Below are positions 52,866 through 64,000 of a stretch of 64,000 nucleotides of DNA, one piece after another; position 1 is the first letter of the stretch; every line of letters starts with the position of its first letter. Source of the stretch: Tubiluchus corallicola (Eukaryota; Animalia; Priapulida); assembly GCA_030141605.1 (NCBI GenBank), contig JAQGDQ010000020.1:806001-870000 (forward strand). Direction: 5' to 3'. Position numbers and translations under genes: made by a program. The notes beneath the pieces are model-generated. The model saw only the letters and a list, made by a program, of their open reading frames with translations, was not told the origin of the DNA and made no database searches.

Positions 52866-53739
52866 TAAGTAAATTATTTCGTTACATTGAAAGCTAGCTA
52901 AAGTAACCCTTCAAAGAGTGTAATCAAAATATACAATTACATATTTGGATTTCAGATATTTTGACATAGTTCTAGAGTTTTTTCAGCAAGTATTTTGGCA
53001 CACATGCACTGCCATCTCACGGACGTGAAAACAAGTATAACAATATATTCAACTTATTCCATACTGGTGCAAAATCCAAAATCAAACCGGTCAAACTTAA
53101 AAGAATTTTACATTAGTAGTTACCTAATATACAGTAGTAATGACAAGTGTATAAGACGTCTTTGTAGAAAATTATTAGGTATTAAATGGCACGCCGAATA
53201 TCCAATGAACGAGTGGTGAAGAAAACCCCCTGAGCAAACAAATACAAGTAAGAAGACGGCATTCGTAAAGCATGCACTAAGACTACCCCAGGAATGGCCA
53301 GGATCTACTCTTCCGTAAAGATCTTAAAATGACAAAAAAGTCTCGTATATAGATATATAGATATACTGCAAAAAATTTAGTAAATACAATTCTAAATTTG
53401 AGGGATGATGCATAGAATCCGATGACCCTAACCTGGGCGATGGCGGCGGGTGGTGCCTCGTATCAACAGGCGGAGCGTGCCATATTTTAGGCGGTAAAAC
53501 CAGGCAAACAACGACGACGAAAACTCTTGATTATTGCGTTGGACAGCTATGCTACTTATCATGAATTCGTCCTCCCCAATCTCCCTAGTAATTTGAAATG
53601 CCTCTCTTGAGAGCCAAGTGTCATGTGAAAATCACCGACCTGTACGCCATTTTTTACAAGAGGAAATCATGACCGGAAACGAAATGAAAGCAAACAAGTT
53701 GTCAAACTAGTCTTTGAACTGACTAGTGACCAGTCCGCC

Positions 53740-54135
53740 GACCAAGCAATTGCCCACCCAGCCAACCAACCAATTACTCACCCAGCCAACCAACGGGTGA
53801 GCTAACCAAGCAACCTCCTAATGGACAGAATGATTAGAAACAAGAAATGATTGCATGATGATTTGTTCATTCAGCTAACTAATTACTCTATCAATTAACC
53901 AATAAACGATCCCAACCAGCTAACCAAACAACGAGCCAGCCAACCAACCTCAAAACGGATGAAGAGATTAAAAACAAGCTATGAATGCTTCGGTAATTTC
54001 ATGATCTAGCAAATTAACTAAACCATGATCTAACCAAACAACTGCTCTAGCCACTTAACCAACTAATTAGCCAACAAACCAACCACCAAGTAGATAGAAT
54101 GATTAAAACCACGCAATGAATGCTTGGATGATTTC
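53740..54135. repeat. Diverged ~130-bp tandem repeat (3 copies) rich in CCAA
   Basis: Recurring ...CAACC...GATTA(G/A)AA(A/C)CA...ATGA(T/A)TGC...ATTT. Confidence 0.6.
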
Positions 54136-56094
54136 AAGCGAGAGGTGGGTTGGTAACATTGGCACTGTGATGCATCTCTTCTCTGCGCTGAGAATTCTAT
54201 CTCAAATGCAATAGTAAATCTAGGAAAGTGTAGAGAACAAAGTGTTGTAACTGTATAAAAGCTCTTTTGCAGCTCATAAGTGCTTTGTAGACCTTATGGC
54301 GTTTACCTTGGGTAAGTGCTTAAGATTTACAGTAATTGTCTCATTAAAGTGTTTTGCTTTATACTCATAGTAAGTCTGTCATACTGGCAGCAGTAACTGT
54401 ACAACTAAATTTGAAAAAGAATTTTACTTATTAAAATTTGACTCATTTCTGATTTCAGTCAATTATACCAAATTAATTAAGTTTAAAAATTGCGGCATTT
54501 CGTTTATCATTAATTTGATTAGAGAGCCATAAACTTAATATCTTGTTGTGCTCTCAATAATTTTATTAAAAACCAAACCTTCGTTTCAATAAAGATGGTC
54601 TGCTACAATGCCTGAGTTCGTTAGACGTTTATCTTATAATAGTGTTAATGTTAATGCTACAGTTAATGTTTTACTGTTGATATTAATGTTAATGTTAATA
54701 TTGATGTTAATAATGTTAATGTTATTGTTATTGTTATGTTATTGTGAATATTAATGTTAATTTTAATATTTAGTTTAGTAACACATGTATAAGTTACAGT
54801 AGCTTAATAGACTATTGTAATCGTTGAGAATCAATTTATTCGGGCTGAACGAATATCAGTTTTGGCAATAATAGTTATTTTTTGCTACTAGCTGGATGAC
54901 TTTCTTACTTTAAACTGTAGCTAATGTGTAATAACTTAAGTGTAACATGTTGTTCAAGGACACCAAAACAAATTGGGAGGTTAAATCCTTTCTTCGTATT
55001 TGATCGCACTAATTAGTTTAACAATAATTACTTTCTAATGTTTTCCTGTTTAATAGCAATCAAAGCTGCAAGTGTCACAAAGAATGTCTTTATTGTGCTG
55101 TTGATAACACAGGTAAGTAGAGGTAGCATAATTAGTATCAGTACAGTAGTAATAAGTATGCTACTGGGAATTAGAACGTAACTAACAAATGTTTCGTTTA
55201 TACCAGCAGATTTTAGACTGTTATCCATTGTACTTTACTTTTATTCGTTTTACTTTTCCATTATAAAAATGGTCGACGTCTAGACAAAAAGTTCGATAAC
55301 ATAAGATATTAAGAAATTTTAACATGCAAAACTGTCAAAATTATTAGCCAGCGTCATCATTTGTATTACAAAGCATTTGGTTACATAAACAGATCGCTAG
55401 TCTGTTGTTTTTGGCCATTAAGTTTTGTTTCATCGAATGAACTTTTTATAGCGATTAAAAGATAATCGTGACATTTAGCAAAAGCTCTTGAAAATCAACT
55501 CTACAGAGATTCCGTTCAGCAAATTATGAATGATGTTTACAGAAAATTTTATTCTAGTTTCTGATCTACAGTAAAAGTAAGCACTTCTGTGTGCAGAAAA
55601 TCACTGATATTGACTAAAGACATTGACATTCTATAATTATTGAAAGTTGGCTATGAAAGCTCCAGCTACTGTTCAGAATAAGTGAGTTCATTAGATACAA
55701 TAGGATCAAGTTTCACTATAAATTCTTTATATCCGTAATCAATCAACTTACGTATTATTCCACACTTACTGTTTCTATAAAAAAATTGTTGCAAATAATG
55801 ACGTCATTGTTAACAATCATTTTTCTATAAAAAAGGAGCAAATAGTTATCTCACATTTAGTTAAAACACAATATTTAAATACAATTAATTGTATTGTTAG
55901 CATGTAAAAATATGTATTTATATACTGATATTGAAAAATAGAAATATTGATATTTGCTACGTTAAGCCTCTTTTATCGCTACTCCTGTGGAAGATGCTCT
56001 AAGAGCAACTCCTCATTCGTTCCTAAACACTAACAGTTTGTTCTTAGAGCTTGTTATTAGGCAACTTCTCCTAGTCTTATCCTAGATATAATAC

Positions 56095-56370
56095 AAATGT
56101 AAAAGAGCAGTTTATAAAGCCAATTTTTCCCACGGGCTTCTTGTCTATAGAATTCTCCACCAGAAAACTGCTTCCCTGAAAACTACGACCTCACTCGATT
56201 CAAGAAGAATATTAACAAATACTTCCTGTCACTAGCAAACTAGTTACTGTTTATAAATCCTGTATTCCGAATAATGTGTTAATATCTTTATCACATTCAT
56301 ACTGTAACCCTTGCATTAACGACCAGCAGCCTTGTTCAGGGCGATTTGAATAAAGGAAAGCAATAAAAAG
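56095..56370 (+). mobile_element. LINE 3'-end relic
   Basis: Translates SQFFPR...NSPPENCFPENYDLTRFKKNINKYFL, followed by a 3' UTR and an A-rich tail. Confidence 0.65.
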
Positions 56371-59215
56371 TTTTAATATCATTCACGATTCATCTATCTG
56401 GTCGTCAACATTCAGCAAAAGTGAGCTCGTTAGTTCAGTTCGCTAACAATTAAGATGTTTAACCCTTTCATACCTAATGTATCCTGTGTGATACGAGAGC
56501 TTCTTCTGCTTGTAAAATTATTAAAATTTTAAACCTGACATTAATTAATTAATTAACTAATAGTTAACTATATAAATTAATAGTCAACTAAGCGAATGTA
56601 TCGTCCCATACAGGAATTACATGTTACTTCTACATTTTGTTACATAACCATCTTAAGGCAAATGTCTGTGCAACAAGTTTTTTGTATTAAAGGCACTGCT
56701 ATGGGTTTGTATTGTCAAAACTTTATCATCATGTGCTGCGGTTACTTTGCTGACACCTTTACATACTATGTAGTCAGAACACGAAGCACCGTTATACAAA
56801 AACGCCATTTCTGAAACGTAAAAGATGGAAATTAACTTCTTGGGATTCTGTGAGGCCCTCGAACCATCAGATCTAAGCATATCGGTGTTTCTGACGCATA
56901 TTAAATGCGAATATACTACAGACAGTAGGCCTAATGATAATTCACTTAACCCACGGGGGTAATTATTAAAATTCGTAACACGTATAAGAAAATTCGTAAC
57001 ACCTAATTTCTAACCTGTACAGTCATACTTAGTAGTTCCTGTGACCCAAAACAGGCATGTAATAGCCAGGCTTTCGAGGCGAGAAAGGGTGTTCGTAGCT
57101 TTTTGCACCTCCCTCGCCCTTGGGTTTAGCAACAATATCCGAAAATAACACAGAGGGAGCTGGAAATGCCAAAATTAAATAACGTCAAGGTTAGTCGTGG
57201 CAATAATTTAATGGATCTTCAAACAGTACTAGCTAAAATTCTTGAAAATAATGATCATTTAGTAACTCACAAAGTAACTGATCCTATAGTAATTGTACCG
57301 TACAGCAACGTTTTTACTACAAAAAACTTGCTGTACATTCAGTCAGTCTTAAGTGGCGTATATGTAGCATCGGGCTGCGTATGCGGAATAGACAAAATCG
57401 GTTTGTCTTGTTTTCAATGCACCCGTTTATCACATCTGCGTTATGCGTTAGTTTTTGCAGCTATTTCCTATTGATTTTTTTATACGCGGCTATTCCGCAA
57501 GTGAATAACGCATGACGCGTTCCGGATTCCAGGTAAACGTCACTTTAGGATGCATACTTAATAGGTTACATAGGAATTACAATTTCAGCACAAGGGTGCA
57601 GTTTCGGTAGTGTAAGTCCAGTTAACAGTTTTTCGCATTCGCTTGACAAGTTTGTTAATTTGATTAATTAAATCTCTTAATTAGTTAATGTGCTGAACAT
57701 TTCTTGTTTATTTTTTCTATTATTATTGTTAGCTGATATCAAACTCTAAGAAATATTTGTGAGAACAGTATAATACAATAAGTAAGCTAAAACAAGGTAC
57801 ACATCAAAACTCTAAATCAACAAATTTGAAATTTGTTCTAATGTAAAAGCCTATTCTATTAATTATATGTATAATAAGACATAACTGCAGAGAATTACCT
57901 AACGAACACCGAACATCGGCAGGAACCTGATGTTTTAAAGTGCAATATTGGGGCAAAATCATAAAACAATATTTCATGTTAGCACAGCGGATATCGAGTT
58001 AGACCTATACAAATTACTCTGACTTGCTCGCTGATGTCAACTAGCCTTAACATCATCATAAATTATGTTGTCACTTGTTTACAACAAGGGTTGTGCCTCG
58101 ATACCTGTTTTCACGGCAACTTTTCCTAGCAATAAAATTTTGGTGAACTTTTACATAGCCGTCATTAGTCAATCGAGTTATTTTATTGATTTAAAACCAA
58201 CAGAACAGCTTCCTTTCCTTGCAAATCAACACATTTATTATGAGCAAATCCAAGACAAAAAAGCTTTGCTGATACTTTTTAATAGTTTTTGTGTATGTTT
58301 AGTCGTTGCGGTAGCCTAAGTGCTGTTAACAGTTTTTGATTTAGGTTAATGGGGCAATAAATTTTGAGAGTATAGGTTTTTGGAAAACGGAGCACCCTTT
58401 GTAATCGCCTTAAATCCGCCCTTAATAATGACACTAAGTTGTGGTTTGTGCTTTACATTCACCGTAATTATTGCTGAGTTGTGGTTATGAGATATGCTGC
58501 ACTTGATGCACCCAGAAAGCCAGAATATGGTGGTTTGGAGACTTGGGTGAATCTGTTCGAGCATGTGAACTAAAACTTATTCACTTAACTGACAGGCGCT
58601 TTCTTCTATCAAGAGGAATAAAAATATGTGATTTGAGTTGCATCGCACTGGCACTGGCCAGCTCTTGCTTTTTGGGAAAATTGAATGAAATATCACATAA
58701 TTAGTTTCTATCATTTATTTAGCTCTTAAATTACTAATCTTTTATTTACATTTGGTCTTGTATTTTTTATTTCATAGTATTTATTTCTTTGTAGTATGCC
58801 GTATTTGTATTTTATATTTCCTTAGTTACCGGAATAAAAATTTGAATTGAATTGAATTGTTCTACTAGCCAAACTGCCAAAAATCTAAAAGAATCTGTTA
58901 AGCTTTTTATCTACTTAAATAAGACATGTACGCCACAACAGATATGGTACACAAAGTATTACATATCATCGCGAAATCTAAATGCATAATTAATCCAAAA
59001 CTGAAAATATATTACATGGCCACTATATTTTACTTTCGTATTATTTTATACACTTTTTTATACTTTTCTTGTCATATTTTATTTTCAAGAATAGTTATTC
59101 TTATTCTTCGTTTAACTGACCCACCACTGATATTCACAAAAATAACAATTATCGCACATTAACACCTAGCCTCGCAACTCTACTTTTATGCTTATTTTTT
59201 ATTTATTTCTTTCAG

Positions 59216-61431
59216 ATAGCCTTTATTGTTGCCCAGAGAGGTGCTAGACATCGTGATGAGCCGTTTGTGAAGTACCACTCATTCTCGTTTGAGAGGCCAA
59301 TATTAACGGGTTCCAACTCTGACGTCACCGAAGCGCCACCGCTGTTTGATTCGCGTCATTTATTCCCTTCTTCGGGACCACACGATCCTTTCAATCAGAG
59401 CCCGTTTCACACTGGATTCAACAATTTTGATCAGGTCGACTTGTTCGACAGCTTATTCCCCACGCCTCCAGATCAACTTCCAGTGGGTCCCAACAATCCG
59501 AACCGACAACGTGACCGTAGCCGATTGGCGTACGAGTTCCACGGTGTAACGGTGCAAGGTGCTTATGACGTCACATCCGATCCACATGGCGAATCGTACA
59601 CACCAGAGCCGACTGTTTTTACTTATGTGTATAACTATGACTCTGGTTATGATGGTGAGACAACATACGAACAAGATACCACTACACCTCCGCCAACGAA
59701 CATTAATGCCACTGGACAACTGACCAGTCTTGAATTAAATGCTACAGGTAATTTCGTATTTCTGATTTCCAACCTTTAAATTTACTATTCATTTATGTTA
59801 GGCTACCAGAACATCTGGTTGCTTGAAATTTGTGAAAGCAAAGTAATATGGATGATGTTGTTGGACATGACATTCAGTTAGGATTAGTGGGAACCGTAGG
59901 AAATATGTGGTGGGATTGGATGGGATGGAAGTAAGAAAGGAAAACTCTTCCTGTTGATCGCCCTAATTTACCATTCATTGGCATTAAGTTGTCCTGCTCA
60001 TCGTTAGAGTACCTCATTGTTTCTTCTTTGAGAGGCACCTTTAGATCTTTTTTACAAATGTCTAGTAGCTGAGCTTTCCAATTAATCATGGCTTTACTCT
60101 TCCACTTCCTACAGATATCAAACTTTCTGGATATTCTTTCATAACTTTTGGTTTCTCTGTTTCAGACAACATAATACAAAATTTTTGCATTCTGCTATAC
60201 GTCCTAAGCAAGTTTTCGCTTCCTGCTTGCTGAAACACTCAATATTTCCTAGAGCACCAATGCAATAATTTGGTTTTCGTATTTTTAGATGACGTAGCAT
60301 CGGAACAAATTGATGAGCTTCTTAGAACTAACGAACTTGTTAACGAAAGTTCCAAATCAGGTACCCCCGAAGAAGCTGTCGTCTCCAAAACTCCCATCGA
60401 ATTTCCTCGGCCGAACACTAGAGTTCCACCACCGTTTCGGAATATCCAGCTCATGACAGGATTTGATGATGTGCCTGCTTGTCCACGAGGGGGTGTAATG
60501 TTCTGCTCGAGGTGGACTGACTTTACCCCATGCTCAGCTGACTGCCAAACTAAACTTGGATATAAGGTAAGCAACTTCTAGACATAAATGTCTGTTTAAG
60601 ACTTCTTGCTCTTAAGACAGCAACTCAAAAACTATAGTTTAATGAAATAGCTGAATAAAATGTTCTACCACATGGTATGATGGCTATGAAATACAAATAC
60701 AAAACACATAGTGAACACACACAAGTTTTGCAATTCAAAACAGTTCAGAACCATTTATCAAAAACCAGTTATGACAAGTCAATCATTAACAAGTCAAAAC
60801 CAGCTAGGACTTGAATTAAATATCATTTATCGAACAATTATACTTTTGTACAAACAAACTAATAGGGGGTGTGCACTGATAATTGCTTCTGGTACCTATT
60901 CTGTACTCTATCGACTTAGTACATTTCAATTTCAAGTATTAACTAATGAATTACTCGTATTTTCGAACTAACTATTTGTGTAGTTACATTCTCGAACTAA
61001 CCAAGTATATATATATGTTCTCAACTAAAATATATTTGTTGTACATGGTGGAAATACTTTGATCAATAATATTACTGTATGTTAATCCACTTAAAATTTA
61101 TCAAGTTTATATTTTAACAAAAATAATTCATAATGCAAATACGATCATTTTCTTAAAAAATTATTTTCTTTGTCTTGCGACTGCGTACCACACATTTGCT
61201 CCTATAACGGCTTACAAGCAAGAGCATTTATTATTTTCCAACATGTAACTCATTTATTTTCTGCAGGTTCGAAACCGAGACTGTCAGTGCGTTACCGGGT
61301 CGACCAGCGTCCCCATGGCCACACGTATGTGCGTCGGACATGACGAAGGAGAGTGTGCTTTTGACACAGCATCTGTAGAGATTAGAACGTGTGTAGTGGA
61401 GACAGAATGCTCAATCCTTGATATACTATAA
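59216..61431 (+). CDS. Secreted protein with Pro/Thr-rich low-complexity region and C-terminal thrombospondin type-1 (TSP1) domain
   Basis: Phase-consistent exons 59216-59747, 60289-60566 and 61267-61431 (stop TAA). TSP1 signature CSRWTDFTPCSADCQTKLGYK|VRNRDC...C...EIRTC...C. Possible first exon 57512-57532 (MTRSGFQ|gtaaac). Confidence 0.85.
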
Positions 61432-62929
61432 CACGTTTACAGTCATTGGAGAATGTACATTCCGATTTATACTGTATAATGCTAGGCGAAGAGAGGATGT
61501 GCAGTTAGAGAGGATAAAGTATTAACTGGATTTGGTGTCAGTAATGTGCTGTAATTTTATAACTTCAATATTAAAAAATACAAACCGAAACTATTATAAA
61601 CAAGTAGCTTGACTTGGTTAACTGCAGTAAACGTTGTTCAGCTATAATAATAATGTGTAAAAACCAGCAACGATGCGAAAACAGCGACCATTTTATCCAA
61701 ACAGCGATCCATTGGATATAAAAATTCGCAAAAAAGATGAATTCTTTTTACCAAAATGCTTTTTTCGGAGAAAATCGAATCTTGTTTCACTAAGCTAACT
61801 TTCACCAATTCACCAAAACATTAATTTTACAGTGGTTATTTTAAACAACGTTATTCCACTTTTCAAATTAATGAAATAAACAGCAGCCACTTCTTACTTA
61901 CAAATGTCTGTACATTGCATTATAACAAGAGGAAAATAAATGAATTTCTAATTACGATTTCATTTCTAATAAATTTTTATAGTTACCGAATTGTTTTTAC
62001 AGTTTTTTATAGTCGTCATAGTTACCAAAATATACTTAAACTTAAACCTAATTCTCTTGATATTAATAATAATCGTAAGTTTCAGCTTCTATAGATTGAT
62101 AATATTCATGTGCTGATGAACTCTGGTAAAAGTACTTAAATTGATAATCAAAAACGAAATTTCAAAGAAAAAATCGTTGTGTGCGTTTATCGTTTAAGTC
62201 CTAGGATCTCAGTAACTAAAGTAATCGAACGAGCGAGCAAATATATTGATTTTTTTTTACTAAAACGGGTCGCTGTGAATAAATATCTCGTTTCATTTTG
62301 TATTAAAAAATTACAGCATGATTGTGAGAGCCTCCTAACTCTCTGGAACTGTTTTTGGTAATTTGTAAAAATGCGGCTATTGCCAGCAAATACTCCTTTT
62401 TCGAAAAGTATTTTACTATAAATATTTTTAGGTTTTGTACGCAGAACCGATAAGCTAATTATACGACGTTCCACCTATCAATTATTTGAAGATGCTTCTC
62501 TGTTGTCTAAACTTTACTGTCTGGTAATGAAAGGAGCGCTGTTGAAAGTTTTAACACATCGTATTGACTCATCACGTCTTTTCGGTTTGTTAAACATTTA
62601 GTTAACCTCGCTAGCGGTTAATTGTCTATTTGTCCTAGGTAAATTCAACCTGTTATCTAGGTTACGAGAGAGAGCCAAAATTAATGCTGGGTTGAGATAA
62701 TCGTTGGTGTTCCTTCATTGCTTTGATTGCCCTGTGAGACTAAATACATTGTTTCTTTGTTCCACAAATAGACGCTGTGGCATTGACGATGAAATGCTCA
62801 AGACTAGCATTTGGCAACAGCAGCGGCCAGGACAGGACAATAACGATGGATAATGACAACAACGTGTGCATACTAGATTCGTTAGTGTCGAGAGAACCAC
62901 CAATGCCAAAACTTCCGCTGCTGTTATCG

Positions 62930-63150
62930 TCAGCAACAACAGCAAACACCATCACCACCAACACCCAGCACCACCACCAACAACAACAACAACAACAACA
63001 ATAATACTAATAATAACAAGAGCTGTAACAGAGCAACAACAACAACAGCCGTAACAGCAGCAGCAACAACAATAACGACAACAACAGCAACAGCAGCAGC
63101 ACCAACAACGACAACTAGAACAGCACCACCACTAACAACAACAATTCCTA
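62930..63150. repeat. (CAA/CAG/CAC)n trinucleotide low-complexity tract
   Basis: Visible. Confidence 0.9.
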
Positions 63151-63533
63151 CGATTATAATTTTTATCATCACTCCCGGTGTGGCACCAGTATTGATGCTG
63201 CCGCCACTACCACCACCAGCAAGAGACAAAGCATTAACAACAACCCTAATTTCCGCCACAGTACGAACACCACGACCCCCAACGCGCCCAATCTTGTATT
63301 GCAGAAACAAGATAAATTCTTTCGACCGGCTACATTACAAAATAGCGGCAGATTTTACCGAAACTTGTAAAAATGCTGTTTTCCTTAACAACTAGCTTTA
63401 CTTTTAGTAATTGAAATATAGAACTTTTTCACAAGCACGAAACAATGTAACAGGTATTTGGAATGGAACTTAAACAGTCAATTTTCCGCGAAACCTAGTT
63501 CTTACCAAAGACATACAATGATTGTACACAAAA

Positions 63534-63900
63534 ATGCTGTTACCTCGCTTGAAGAGGACATGGTTTATTATTCTTACCATTGCAATTGGATTATTTCGCT
63601 TCAGTACATGTGAAATTGTGAAAAAAGATTACAAAATAAAATTAGTGCAACACAGCAACAATTCTGACACGATTATGGATGAAATAGCTAAAGTTCTAGA
63701 TGTAAAATTCATGAAAAAACGTGCAACTGATTTCACACAAACTGCTCCTTCTTATTCGGCTATTATTAGTGAAGGAAAACGAGTTAAAAGGGCGTCGATG
63801 GCTGACAAAGATCTAAAATTTGATTTTTCCCTAGACCAGGACAAAATAGGAAGCGGGAAAATTCGTTTATCGTATCTTGAAGATGTTTTAAAGAAAGCAG
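63534..63900 (+). CDS. First coding exon of a secreted precursor protein with basic cleavage sites
   Basis: MLLPRLKRTWFIILTIAIGLFRFSTC signal-like N-terminus; KKR and GKRVKR (furin consensus RxKR); donor GCAG|gtaaag at 63900. Confidence 0.6.
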
Positions 63901-64000
63901 GTAAAGTATAAAAGATGCAAAAAAGTTTGCAGAATTAATTGGGCTTACTAATGTAATAACTACATTATTGGCGTACATTTTGTTTAGAAACTATGAGCAC

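Overview
AT-rich, intron-rich invertebrate animal genomic DNA with no prokaryotic features. From left to right it contains: (1) 11 phase-consistent exons of a minus-strand gene for an extracellular protein with an ependymin/LolA-like region and two PAN/Apple domains; (2) a near-intact two-ORF non-LTR retrotransposon between (CT)n tracts; (3) an AKH/GnRH-family neuropeptide precursor gene (predicted pQIFFSKGWRA-amide), followed by a 35-bp minisatellite and a ~960-bp inverted repeat; (4) a complete 8-exon SMN gene on the minus strand, whose predicted start codon lies ~70 bp from a truncated BEL/Pao LTR retrotransposon; (5) orphan exons of a probable single-pass membrane protein; (6) a secreted TSP1-domain gene and the first exon of another secreted precursor. 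Many MITEs, SINEs, LINE relics and microsatellites are interspersed. The main candidate discovery is in SMN intron 3 (43356-44295). On the sense strand and in the expected order, it carries a telomerase-type template (CCUAACCCU), a multi-stem pseudoknot, a P6/P6.1-like module and an H-box/hairpin/ACA end, which suggests an intron-encoded telomerase RNA hosted by SMN. All gene models and RNA folds were derived by eye and need computational and experimental confirmation.
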